Of a DNA stretch of 64,000 bases, positions 1-8,738 are shown one piece after another. Under the pieces are notes generated by a model. The model saw only the letters and a program-made list of their open reading frames with translations, did not search any database and was not told where the DNA came from. The position numbers and the translations under genes were made by a program. The stretch is from an uncultured cyanobacterium (GTDB taxonomy: Bacteria > Cyanobacteriota > Cyanobacteriia > PCC-6307 > Cyanobiaceae): NCBI GenBank assembly GCA_963697335.1, contig CAVONQ010000003.1, positions 1 through 64,000 of the forward strand, given 5' to 3'. Within the stretch, counting starts at the first letter, position 1. Every line of letters begins with the position of its first letter.

Positions 1-4
1 GTAG

Positions 5-150
5 GGCAGAAGGCCTTCGTACCCGCTGGCAACCATGCTGCGGATTCACCTGCTGCAGCAGTGTTGTTTACTCAGTGATCCGGCAAGAGATCTTAATTGA
101 GGTACCTACCATGCGCCGCTTTGCCGGGATCGACCTGATCAGTGACCGGT
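5..150 (+). pseudogene. IS5-family transposase remnant (frameshifted, truncated)
   Basis: Manual translation gives GRRPSYPLATMLRIHLLQQCCLLSDPA, then in another frame LIEVPTMRRFAGIDLISDR. This matches the IS5 transposase N-terminal motif. There is an in-frame stop upstream and a frameshift. Confidence 0.8.
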
Positions 151-225
151 CGCAGTGAGGGTTAGATCGATTGTGAGCTGGTACAGGCGGTGCTGCCCCC
201 ACCCCCAGGGCTGATTCAAAGTCTC

Positions 226-791
226 TCAGCAAGAGTTGGCTGCCGGTTGCCGCTGCGCCATGGCCAACAGCGCTGTGATGTCGTGGCAGACAGCCTGCAT
301 CCCTGAACGGATGGACTGAAAGCCGCCCAGTCGCAGCAGGTTGAGAGCGGCTGTCCGCAGCGTCGCCAGCGCTCCGGCGCCGTTGCCCCGATAACGGTGG
401 GCGTCCTCATGCAGCTGGGTGTCACGGATCCAGTGCCAGCTCTCAATGCTCCAGCGGTCGCGCACCAGTTGCAGCAGGGCTTCTGGGGTGGTGCGCAAGC
501 TGGTGAGGAAGAAATGGGTCTGCCGGAAGGTCTTGCCATCGCGGGGCCCGTCGGCGGCCATCTCCACAATCCAACTGGTGCCGCTCCAGGTCTCGCGGAT
601 GTGCTCCGGTGCCTGCTTGGCGCGGAGCGTCCAGGTGATGGCACGGCCGTGGCTGATCTCATGATCCGTTGCCACCAAAGGGATGTGGCGTTTCCCCTGG
701 AACTGGCTGCGGATCTGACGGTGCAGTGTCTTTTGGTTCCTCTTAACGGTCAGGAGGAAGTCGGCCCCCTGCTCGGTGAGCTGTTGAAAAA
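226..791 (-). pseudogene. ISAs1 transposase, C-terminal half
   Basis: FQQLTEQGADFLLTVKRNQ...VRDRWSIESWHWIRDTQLHEDAHR...LATLRTAALNLLR, the ISAs1 W-x-IE..HW..D..EDA motif. Confidence 0.9.
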
Positions 792-1050
792 CATCCCCAG
801 CCCCCAAGTGGCTCCCTTTGGTTCTGTAACACCCACGGCAGATCTACTGCAGAACCCTCAGAATTTAGACTGGGAGATGACATTCCGTTGCCGGAACCTT
901 TTTGGAGGTTTACCCCCGTCGAAAAACATGGCACGGAGCCTGCTGCGGCCTATTGCCTGGTGACAAATAGAAGTTCTCTAGAAACTTTTTTTTGATCCCG
1001 TTTAGGAAACTGCCACTCTTGCGTCAGCTCTGTTTGTCGTCTCCCCTTCC
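792..1050 (+). ncRNA. Putative IS110 bridge/seek RNA
   Basis: Non-coding left end with pairable stems (792-800/870-879; 819-828/848-856; 884-892/930-937; 971-975/984-988) and segments matching the target and donor junctions (see findings). Boundaries are inferred. Confidence 0.65.
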
Positions 1051-1065
1051 CAAGCAAGGAATCCG

Positions 1066-2448
1066 ATGCCACATCCGAAATCTAGAAGGCGGAATGAAGC
1101 ACCTGTAGTTCATCAAAGTGCGGCGGGAATTGACGTTGGCAGCCGGTTTCACGTGGTCGCTATCCCCAGCAGCTGCTCAGGGGAGCCTGTTAAGAAGTTC
1201 TCCAGTTTTACAGGAGATCTAAAGCGATTGCGTGATTGGCTTTGTCAGCACAATATCAAAACCGTAGCAATGGAATCTACTGGAATTTACTGGATACCAA
1301 TTTACGAGATTTTAGAGCAGGCAGGTCTCGAGGTATTCCTTGTCAACGCCCGTCATGTTAAATGTGTCCCGGGGCGTAAAAGTGATATCTCAGACGCTCA
1401 GTGGCTGCAGCAATTGCATAGCTGGGGCCTGCTTAAAGCCAGCTTTCAACCAAGCGAAGGAGTCGCCAACCTCCGATCATTATTGAGGCTACGCGATGGC
1501 CTTGTAAAAAGCAGGGCATCACACCAGCAACATATTCAGAAAGCATTGATGCAGATGAATCTCCAATTGCACCATGTCGTAAATGACGTTATGGGCAAGA
1601 CAGGGCGCCTCATTATCGATGCAATTCTTGCAGGAGAGCGTGATCCAAGCACTCTTGCGGCTTTTCGCGACAGACGCTGCAAGAATCATGAATCAGTGAT
1701 TGCAGAAGCACTGCATGGGCATTTTAGGGAAGATCATCTTTTCGAGCTTGCAGTTGCCGTGCATATGTTTGATGAGTATTCGGCACAGATTGTAAAATGT
1801 GAGACAACAGCGCATGAGCTACTGGACAAGCTTGCACGAGCCAAGGAGGCCTTGCCTGAGCCACTTACTAAAGGCAAGGTCAAGGCAAAAAGGAAGTCAG
1901 AATATTCTTTTGATCCGACTAGTTACATCAATGCTCTTACGGGAGCAGACCTGAGTGGCATCTATGGCCTTGGCCCTGGAAATCTTCTCACCATAGTCAG
2001 CGAGTGTGGCACAGATATGGAGAAATGGCCCACAGCAAAGCATTTCACATCCTGGCTAGGCCTAGCACCACAAAACAAGATTTCAGGCGGACGTGTGCTT
2101 TCCTCGCGCACGCGGCCAGGTTCAAGCCGTGCTGGCTCAGCCTTTTGGATGGCCGCACTAATTGCGTCACGGTCGCAAACTGCAATTGGAGCATTCAGTC
2201 GAAGACTAGCGATTCGACGCGGTAAGCCGAAGGCCCATGTTGCTACAGCAAGAAAGATAGCGGAACTATTCTATAGAGCTGTTCGCTATGGTGGCTGCTA
2301 TGTGGATCCTGGCTCTGCAGACTACGAAGAGAAGCAGAAGCGACTCGCGATTGCCAGCCTCGAAAGGAAGGCTGGCATGTTGGGATTCAGCATTGTAGAA
2401 AGTCAGATATCAAGCCCCAAAGCCCTTGCGATGGAGGGTGTTACTTAG
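1066..2448 (+). CDS. IS110-family DEDD recombinase/transposase (460 aa)
   Basis: GIDVG (D), VAMESTGIYW (E), RKSDISDAQWL (D,D), and C-terminal FTSWLGLAPQNKISGG (catalytic Ser), plus AxVATARK. Confidence 0.95.
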   Translation: MPHPKSRRRNEAPVVHQSAAGIDVGSRFHVVAIPSSCSGEPVKKFSSFTGDLKRLRDWLCQHNIKTVAMESTGIYWIPIYEILEQAGLEVFLVNARHVKCVPGRKSDISDAQWLQQLHSWGLLKASFQPSEGVANLRSLLRLRDGLVKSRASHQQHIQKALMQMNLQLHHVVNDVMGKTGRLIIDAILAGERDPSTLAAFRDRRCKNHESVIAEALHGHFREDHLFELAVAVHMFDEYSAQIVKCETTAHELLDKLARAKEALPEPLTKGKVKAKRKSEYSFDPTSYINALTGADLSGIYGLGPGNLLTIVSECGTDMEKWPTAKHFTSWLGLAPQNKISGGRVLSSRTRPGSSRAGSAFWMAALIASRSQTAIGAFSRRLAIRRGKPKAHVATARKIAELFYRAVRYGGCYVDPGSADYEEKQKRLAIASLERKAGMLGFSIVESQISSPKALAMEGVT

Positions 2449-2449
2449 G

Positions 2450-3060
2450 AAAGGTTTCTGGGTGTGGAGCGCATCTGCCTGGATCAGCACCCCCTCGAGA
2501 TCCAGCTCCCCGAGCAGTTGCCGGAGGACGGCCCGCTCGTGGTTCGCGCCAGTGGCGTAGCAGGCCTGCGAGATCGCCACACCCAAGGCGGCCGAGTACA
2601 GCGTCACCTGGGCAATGAACGCCGAACCACCGCCGGGTGTGGTCTCGATCGAGCCTCGCAGGGTCTTGCCGTCACACACCAGCTGATCGAGATCTGCTGC
2701 ACCACCAGGGATCTGGGCGATCGTCCAGTCACGGATGGCCGCGCACAAGGCCGCCACATCCACCTGCAGGAAGAAGTAGCGGAACGCTGAATCCGATGGG
2801 GGCCGCCGCAGTTCAAGGCCCAGCTGCTGACCCAGCACCGAATGGTGACGGCGAGCAAACCGCTCCAGATCCCGCAAGCTTTCGCAGCCGCTCAGGATGC
2901 CCAGCACCGCCACCAGCAGCAGGTACCAGGCCGGAATGCGCACCCCCCGCCGCATGCGGGCATCCGGTATCACCTTGAGGAAGCTGATCAGATCAAGATC
3001 AGTTGCGGCAGAGGCGGTTTCGGGCACAGGGAAGGGGCGATACCACCAAACAAACCCCAT
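2450..3060 (-). pseudogene. ISAs1 transposase, N-terminal half
   Basis: LISFLKVIPDARMRRGVR...PPSDSAFRYFF...VCDGKTLRGS...HERAVL...IQADALHTQKPF (DDE residues). Start is ATG 3060 or GTG 3027. Confidence 0.9.
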
Positions 3061-3142
3061 GCAGGCAGCCCAGGCCAGAGCACCTGTGACACACTTTGAA
3101 TCAGCCCTGCCCCCACCCCTACCACTGGTTCGGGTTCCAGGT

Positions 3143-3727
3143 TCAGCCGTTGCCCTCACGCCAGCCGTCCATGTGCAGGGCTGCCAGGGCTCCACGGCTC
3201 TCCAGCAGCGCCTCCGCCAACTCCCGCACAGCGCCATGGCCTCCATGACTACGCAGCACCCAATCGGCCCGCTGGCGCAGGCCCAGGGCGGCATCTGCCG
3301 GCGCCACCAACAAGGCGGTGGCCGGCCGAACTGCCAGATCGTTGAGGTCGTCGCCGATGAAGGCCGTGGCCTCCCGGCCGCGGTCCAGCTCAGCCTGCAA
3401 CTCGCGCAGCCCCAGCAACTTGTCGCCCACCTCGGCGCGGCAATGGCGGATCTGCAGATGGCGGGCCCGATGCTCGATGGCACCGCGGCGGCCGCCGCTG
3501 AGCAGAGCCACCTCAATACCGGCGCGCTGCAGCATGCGGATCGCCAGGCCATCGCGCACGTTGAAACGCTTGGTCACTCCACCGCTGGCCTCGTAATAGA
3601 GGCCGCCATCAGTGAGCACCCCGTCCACATCGCACACAAGCAGCTTCACAGCGGCCAGCCTCGGGCCGATTGCCAGACGCCGGATCCTGGAGCGCAGGGC
3701 CTGCAAAGGAGTGGCCATGTGGGTCAA
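3143..3727 (-). CDS. kdsC: Kdo 8-phosphate phosphatase (HAD, YrbI family)
   Basis: [15 protein letters not shown] and GDDLND motifs; adjacent to kdsA. Confidence 0.92.
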   Translation of the reverse strand: MTHMATPLQALRSRIRRLAIGPRLAAVKLLVCDVDGVLTDGGLYYEASGGVTKRFNVRDGLAIRMLQRAGIEVALLSGGRRGAIEHRARHLQIRHCRAEVGDKLLGLRELQAELDRGREATAFIGDDLNDLAVRPATALLVAPADAALGLRQRADWVLRSHGGHGAVRELAEALLESRGALAALHMDGWREGNG

Positions 3728-4545
3728 TAGGTGCTCACGGCCAGGTCGTCCTGCACCACGGCGCGCAGCTCCATCAGCTGGCGCAGCAGGGCTTCCAGGC
3801 GATGCAGGGGCACCATGTTTGGCCCATCACTGAGGGCCTGGTCAGGGTCGGGGTGAACCTCCATGAACAGCCCATCCACCCCAGCCGCCACCGCCGCCCG
3901 GGCCAGAGGCGCCACGAACTCCCGCTGACCACCGGAGCTGGTGCCGCGGCCGCCCGGCTGCTGCACGGCGTGGGTGGCATCGAAGATCACCGGGCAGCCC
4001 AACGCCTGCATCTGGGGCACGCTGCGGTAGTCCACCACCAGGGTGTTGTAACCGAAGCTGGAGCCCCGCTCGGTGAGCCAGAGGCGGCCGCTTTCGGGCG
4101 TCAGACCGCCCTCGCCCAGCTTGTTCACCACCTGGGCCATGTCCCACGGCGCCAGGAACTGGCCCTTTTTCACGTTCACCACCTTGTCCGTGCCGGCCAC
4201 CGCCTGGGCGGCGGCCTCGAGCAAATCAGTCTGGCGGCAGAGGAAGGCGGGGATCTGCAGCACGTCCACCGCTTCGGCGGCGGCGGCGGCCTGGTGGCTC
4301 TCGTGGATGTCGGTGAGCACAGGGATCTCCAGCTGCTGTCTCACCTCTTTCAGGATCCCCAGGCCCTCCTCGGCCCCGGGCCCGCGGAACGAGCTGCCCG
4401 AGCTGCGATTGGCCTTGTCGAAACTGGCCTTGAAGACATAGCTGATGCCCAACTCGGCGCACATTTCGCTCACTCGCTCGGCCACGTGCAGCACCAGATC
4501 TCGGCTCTCGATCACGCAGGGTCCGGCAATCAGGCGGAAGCTCAT
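3724..4545 (-). CDS. kdsA: Kdo 8-phosphate synthase
   Basis: [54 protein letters not shown]. Confidence 0.97.
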   Translation of the reverse strand: MSFRLIAGPCVIESRDLVLHVAERVSEMCAELGISYVFKASFDKANRSSGSSFRGPGAEEGLGILKEVRQQLEIPVLTDIHESHQAAAAAEAVDVLQIPAFLCRQTDLLEAAAQAVAGTDKVVNVKKGQFLAPWDMAQVVNKLGEGGLTPESGRLWLTERGSSFGYNTLVVDYRSVPQMQALGCPVIFDATHAVQQPGGRGTSSGGQREFVAPLARAAVAAGVDGLFMEVHPDPDQALSDGPNMVPLHRLEALLRQLMELRAVVQDDLAVSTY

Positions 4546-4565
4546 CAGGAGGGGGGCAAAGGGAT

Positions 4566-5615
4566 TCAGCTGGGGGAGGTGGCTGAGGCACTGAAGCCGG
4601 CCTTCACCAGATCATGCAGCCGCAGCAGCCCCTCCAGGCGCAGGGGGGCCTCCAGAGACACCACCGGCAGCACCGAAATCGCCTTGCGGCGGTTGCGCTC
4701 CATCAGCTCCAGGGCCTCGGCGGCCAGCACCTCGGGGGTCACGGTGATCGGATCCCTGGTGGCCATCTCAGCGGCGGTGATCCGGTCCCAGTCGCCCGGG
4801 CCATAGCGCTGCAGGGTGCGGCGCAGATCACCGTCAGTGATCAGCCCTGCCAGCTGGGAAGGATCACTGCCGTGAACCCAGCTGGCCCCGAGACTGCCCA
4901 GCCCAGGACTGCCCTCAGTGAGGTGGGCGATCACCACAGGCAGGCGCGCTTCCGGATGCAGGGCCTGAATCTCGCCGGCGGGCACCATCAGGTCTCCCAC
5001 TGTGAGCGTGAGGCGCCTGCCAAGGGAGCCGGCCGGATGGTTAATGGCAAAGTCCACCGGCGAAATGCCGGCCCGCTCCATCCACACCGCCGCCAGGGCA
5101 TCGCCGATAGCCATGGCCACGGCCGTGCTGGCGGTGGGGGCCAGGTTGAGGGGGCAGGCCTCCCGGTCCACGGCTCCGTCAAGAACGAGATCGCAGCCGC
5201 GGGCCAGGCTTGACTTCTGCCGTCCCACCAGGGCAATGCGGCTGGTGCCCCGCCGCTTCAGGTGGGGAAGGATGGCCAGCAGCTCTTGCGTCTCACCGCT
5301 GTTGGAGAGCAGCAGGGTCACGTCATCTGAGGCCACGATGCCCAGGTCACCGTGTAGGGCGTCCACGGGATTGAGGAACACCGCCGTTAGACCAATCGAA
5401 GAGAAGGTGGCGGCAATCTTGCGAGCCACGATTCCGCTCTTGCCCACGCCAGTGACGATTAGCTTGCCCCGGCGCTGCCGGCAGCTCTCCAGCAGCTCCA
5501 GCGCAGCCTCCACCTGCTGGGGATCGAGGCGATCGGCGGCCGCGGCGATCGCAGAGGCCTCCTCCTGCAGGCAGCGGGTAAGGGCGGACAAGGGCAGCAC
5601 GGGAATTGGAGTCAT
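4566..5615 (-). CDS. kpsF: Arabinose-5-phosphate isomerase, KpsF/GutQ family (SIS+CBS)
   Basis: [50 protein letters not shown]. Start set at ATG 5615. Confidence 0.93.
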   Translation of the reverse strand: MTPIPVLPLSALTRCLQEEASAIAAAADRLDPQQVEAALELLESCRQRRGKLIVTGVGKSGIVARKIAATFSSIGLTAVFLNPVDALHGDLGIVASDDVTLLLSNSGETQELLAILPHLKRRGTSRIALVGRQKSSLARGCDLVLDGAVDREACPLNLAPTASTAVAMAIGDALAAVWMERAGISPVDFAINHPAGSLGRRLTLTVGDLMVPAGEIQALHPEARLPVVIAHLTEGSPGLGSLGASWVHGSDPSQLAGLITDGDLRRTLQRYGPGDWDRITAAEMATRDPITVTPEVLAAEALELMERNRRKAISVLPVVSLEAPLRLEGLLRLHDLVKAGFSASATSPS

Positions 5616-5644
5616 TCTTCCAGCACCGCTCAACCAAGCTTCCT

Positions 5645-7798
5645 TCAACCCAGCACCCTCCCCACCACGGCCGCAGCCGGGAAGCCCGCCCGGCGCAGGC
5701 TTCCCACGGCGGCCTCTGCCGCCTTCCCCGGCACGGCCGCCAGCAGGGGGCCGCAGGTCTGGGGATCGATCAGCAGGGCCCGCAGGGCCGTCTCCTGGGC
5801 TGAGCTGCCTGGGCCAGCCCCCTCGCCTGGCACCAGGCGCACCGGACCCGCCAGCAGCTCCAGGGCGCTGGCATTGGACGGCGCCAGGCTGCTGGCATGG
5901 CCCTGCTGCAGCAGCTCCAGGGCCCCCGCCAACGGTGGGATAGACCCGCCCGCCAGCACCACCTCCAGCCCGGCCCCACTCGCCGCCAGCATCTCGCCCA
6001 GGTGCCCCAGCAGGCCGTAGCCGGTCACGTCCGTGCAAGCGCGGCAGCCGTGCTGCCGCAGCAGGGGCACCAGGGGAGCCTGGCTCTGCTGCAGCTGCTC
6101 GAGGGCGGCGTCGATCCAGCTGGCCCGGGCCACGCCGGCCATGGCGGCGGCGAACAGCACCCCCGTGCCCAGGGGGCGGCTGAGCAGCAGGGCATCACCC
6201 GGTTGCAGGGGCCCCTTGGGCCAGTGCTGCCGCGGCTCCACCACCCCATTGACGCTGAGGGCCACCACCAGGCCGCCGCCGTCGCGGGCCTCCAGGGTGT
6301 GGCCCCCCAGCAGGGGGGCCTGCAGGGGCTCCAGCACCGAGCGGATCCCGGCCAGGCACTGGTGCAGCAGCTCCTGCTGCAGGGACGCCGCAGCCTGGGG
6401 CAGGGTGAGCAGCGCGAGGGCGCTGTGCACCTGGGCGCCGCTGGCCCAGAGGTCGCTGCAGGCGTGCAGGGTGGAGAGGCGGGCATTGAGCCAGGCATCG
6501 GCCACCAGGGCGGGAAAGCCATCCACGCTCTGCAGCAGCAGCGCCCCGTCGGCCGTGCCCGTCACCGAGGAGGCGTCTTCGGCAGAGGTGCTCTGGCCGC
6601 TCTGGGCCAGGGCCGCCAGCAGGGGTGCGGCCGGCAGTTTGGCGGCGCAACCGCGGCAGGCCATGGCGTCCTCGGTGTCGGGCCCCATGGCGCCATCCGG
6701 CAGGAAGCGCTGCATGAAGCGCCGGTCGATGTGGTCTTTCCAGCGCCACAGCCAGCGGCTGGGGCCGAGCGCCAGGGGACCCCACAGGGCGATGGCCCGG
6801 GGGGGACGGCCCGCGGCACCGCCGCCATCGCCGAGCAGTTGCAGTGCGCGTCGCTGGGGCCGCCAGGGTCGCAGGGCCGGCAGCCGGGCCGGATCAGCCG
6901 CCAGCAACCGCTCCAGATTCAACGCCAGCGTGGGCGCCGCCCGCACGGCCCACACTCCAGAGGGCGCCCGGGGCGCCGCGGCCAGCACGGCGCAGTCTCC
7001 GCAGGCCAGGATCGTGGGGTGGTCCAGCACCTGCAGGCTGGCCTCGGTGAGCACCCGGCCGCGCCGATCACAGGCCAGGCCGGCAGCGGCCAGCCAGGCG
7101 GGAGCGGCGCTGCCCGTGCAGGCCAGGTCGGCGGCGGCCGCAGGCTCCACACCTCGGCGCACCGCCACCTGGGCTGCCCGCAGCAGTCGCTCTCCCAGGC
7201 GGTTGGCGGGGCCCGAGCCGAGGTGCAACCCCTGGCCCCGCAGCAGCAACTCCACCTGCTGACCGCGGCGGCGCAGGGCCAGGGCCAGCTCCACCGCGGC
7301 GGCGCCACCGCCCCGGATGCGCAGCCTGCGATCGAGGGGCTCCAGGCCGTCGAGCCAGGCGAGCATGGGCTCCAGGGGCTTCACGGCCAATGCCGGCACT
7401 GGGCTGGTGCCCACGGAGCGTGTCCCTCCGGGACTGGTCCCGGCCGTCACGGCACCCACGTCCAGGCTGAGCCAATCCCAGCGCAGCGCGGGGCGGCCCT
7501 GCAGATGCAATTGGCAGCGCTGGGGATCGAGGCCGTTGATCTCGGCGCGGATGAAGCCCACGCCGGCCCGCTGGCAGAGCTGGCGCAGGTCGATGCTGGC
7601 CTCGTCACGGCTGTAGAGGCCAGCCACCAGGCCCGGCACCATGCCCGAGTACAGAGCCGTGCTGTGCCTGCTCACCAGACTCACCTGGCCAGGTTGGGGC
7701 CGCCGGCCGCGGCCCATGGCCCAGCGCAGCAGCACCAGGGCGTGGGTGTGGCCGCCGCCGGCCAGGAGGAGATGGCCGGCCGGGCCGGAGGAACGCAT
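5645..7798 (-). CDS. selD: Selenide,water dikinase fused to an N-terminal FAD/NAD pyridine nucleotide-disulfide oxidoreductase domain
   Basis: N-terminal LAGGGHTH, YSGMVPG, GDC, SGVWAVR; C-terminal CRGCAAK, QSVDGF, GGHT, DVTGYGLLGHL, DPQTCGPLL. Confidence 0.9.
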   Translation of the reverse strand: MRSSGPAGHLLLAGGGHTHALVLLRWAMGRGRRPQPGQVSLVSRHSTALYSGMVPGLVAGLYSRDEASIDLRQLCQRAGVGFIRAEINGLDPQRCQLHLQGRPALRWDWLSLDVGAVTAGTSPGGTRSVGTSPVPALAVKPLEPMLAWLDGLEPLDRRLRIRGGGAAAVELALALRRRGQQVELLLRGQGLHLGSGPANRLGERLLRAAQVAVRRGVEPAAAADLACTGSAAPAWLAAAGLACDRRGRVLTEASLQVLDHPTILACGDCAVLAAAPRAPSGVWAVRAAPTLALNLERLLAADPARLPALRPWRPQRRALQLLGDGGGAAGRPPRAIALWGPLALGPSRWLWRWKDHIDRRFMQRFLPDGAMGPDTEDAMACRGCAAKLPAAPLLAALAQSGQSTSAEDASSVTGTADGALLLQSVDGFPALVADAWLNARLSTLHACSDLWASGAQVHSALALLTLPQAAASLQQELLHQCLAGIRSVLEPLQAPLLGGHTLEARDGGGLVVALSVNGVVEPRQHWPKGPLQPGDALLLSRPLGTGVLFAAAMAGVARASWIDAALEQLQQSQAPLVPLLRQHGCRACTDVTGYGLLGHLGEMLAASGAGLEVVLAGGSIPPLAGALELLQQGHASSLAPSNASALELLAGPVRLVPGEGAGPGSSAQETALRALLIDPQTCGPLLAAVPGKAAEAAVGSLRRAGFPAAAVVGRVLG

Positions 7799-7831
7799 GG
7801 GGAGGCGGGAGCGGGCCGGAGCGGGTGGGGC

Positions 7832-8695
7832 TCAGAAGGGGAAGAGCATGAAGGCCTTGGCGGCCAGGGGCAGCAGGAACTGCAGGGCATCCATCGTGCC
7901 GCCCACCAGGGCCGAGCCGACGCCATTGCCTCCACCCCCCAGCTGGCCCGGTGGCGCGCTGATCGCTGCGGCTGCCTGGCGCAGCTGGGCCGCCTGGGTG
8001 TCTTCGCCGCCGGCGGCATAGAGGCTGGCGGCGTGGTTGAAGTCGCTGGCGGCCAGCTGGGCCTTGCCCTGCTCACCGCGGGAGATGCCCCGGGCCACCC
8101 AGCTCACGGCCGCGCCGGGTTGCTGCCGGATCGCCGAACTGAAGAAGTGCTCCGCCTCGGGATAGCGGCCCAGCTGGGCGGCCTGCACGCCGGCGTTGTG
8201 CAGTTCCCCGAAGCTCAGCTGGCCGTGGTCCACCCCCCGGGCTCCCTGCCAGTGGGCGCGGGAGAGGGCTCCCGGATCGAGCAGGGCACCGCTCAGGTCC
8301 GCCTGGCGCAGGTCGGTGCCCTCCAGGCGGGCACCGCGCAGGTCGGCCCCCCGCAGGGAGGCCCCCTGCAGGGTGGTGAAGCTCAGATCCGCCCCCATCA
8401 GCTGGGCGCCATCCAGCCGGGCCTGGCCGAGGTTGGCACGCTGCAGGCGGGCCTGGCGCAGGTTGACGTCCTCCAGCTGGGCATGCACCAGATCGGCGCC
8501 AGCGAGGTTGCAGCGCGGGCACTGCCGCTGCTCCAGCAGCTGCAGCAGGTCGTCGCTGGAGGAGGCGAGCACGGCGCCGCCCAGCAGGGAAGGAGAACCC
8601 AGGCTGACGGAGGCCAGCAGCATCAAGGTGCTGCGTCGGAGCGCTCCGAATGCTTGGCACGCCCACCAGTGCCGTGTCATGGCCCGGCTCTCCAT
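7832..8695 (-). CDS. Pentapeptide-repeat protein with C-terminal TPR-like region
   Basis: CPRCNLAGADL followed by A(D/N)Lxx repeats, then TPR-like helices. N-terminal signal-like segment; start uncertain. Confidence 0.85.
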   Translation of the reverse strand: MESRAMTRHWWACQAFGALRRSTLMLLASVSLGSPSLLGGAVLASSSDDLLQLLEQRQCPRCNLAGADLVHAQLEDVNLRQARLQRANLGQARLDGAQLMGADLSFTTLQGASLRGADLRGARLEGTDLRQADLSGALLDPGALSRAHWQGARGVDHGQLSFGELHNAGVQAAQLGRYPEAEHFFSSAIRQQPGAAVSWVARGISRGEQGKAQLAASDFNHAASLYAAGGEDTQAAQLRQAAAAISAPPGQLGGGGNGVGSALVGGTMDALQFLLPLAAKAFMLFPF

Positions 8696-8738
8696 GACTC
8701 GATTTATAGCGCCATAGCCCAGTGCCTAGCGTTCAACC

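Larger units (their letters stand above)
790..2451 (+). mobile_element. IS110-family element with a long non-coding left end and essentially no right end
   Basis: Lower-GC block that splits the ISAs1 ORF within an A-run. No TIRs or long TSD, only shared AA(A) at both junctions. Encodes a DEDD recombinase whose stop codon is 1-4 bp from the right junction. Ends uncertain by 1-2 bp. Confidence 0.88.
206..3109 (-). mobile_element. ISAs1-family insertion sequence, interrupted by an IS110
   Basis: Perfect 17-bp terminal inverted repeats CAGGGCTGATTCAAAGT (206-222) / ACTTTGAATCAGCCCTG (3093-3109). Perfect 10-bp direct repeat CCCCCACCCC at 196-205 and 3110-3119. Transposase halves flank the IS110. 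Confidence 0.93.

Noticed and set aside
965..993. Hairpin plus T8 as an intrinsic terminator
   Set aside because: The stem is weak and AT-rich, and it lies inside the putative bridge RNA upstream of the donor-matching segment. More likely part of that structure, though termination is not excluded.
5645..7798. Selenoneine pathway (selD plus egtB) or a selenocysteine in SelD
   Set aside because: selD and egtB are ~50 kb apart, no SenB-like glycosyltransferase is adjacent, and the SelD active site is Cys with no in-frame TGA.
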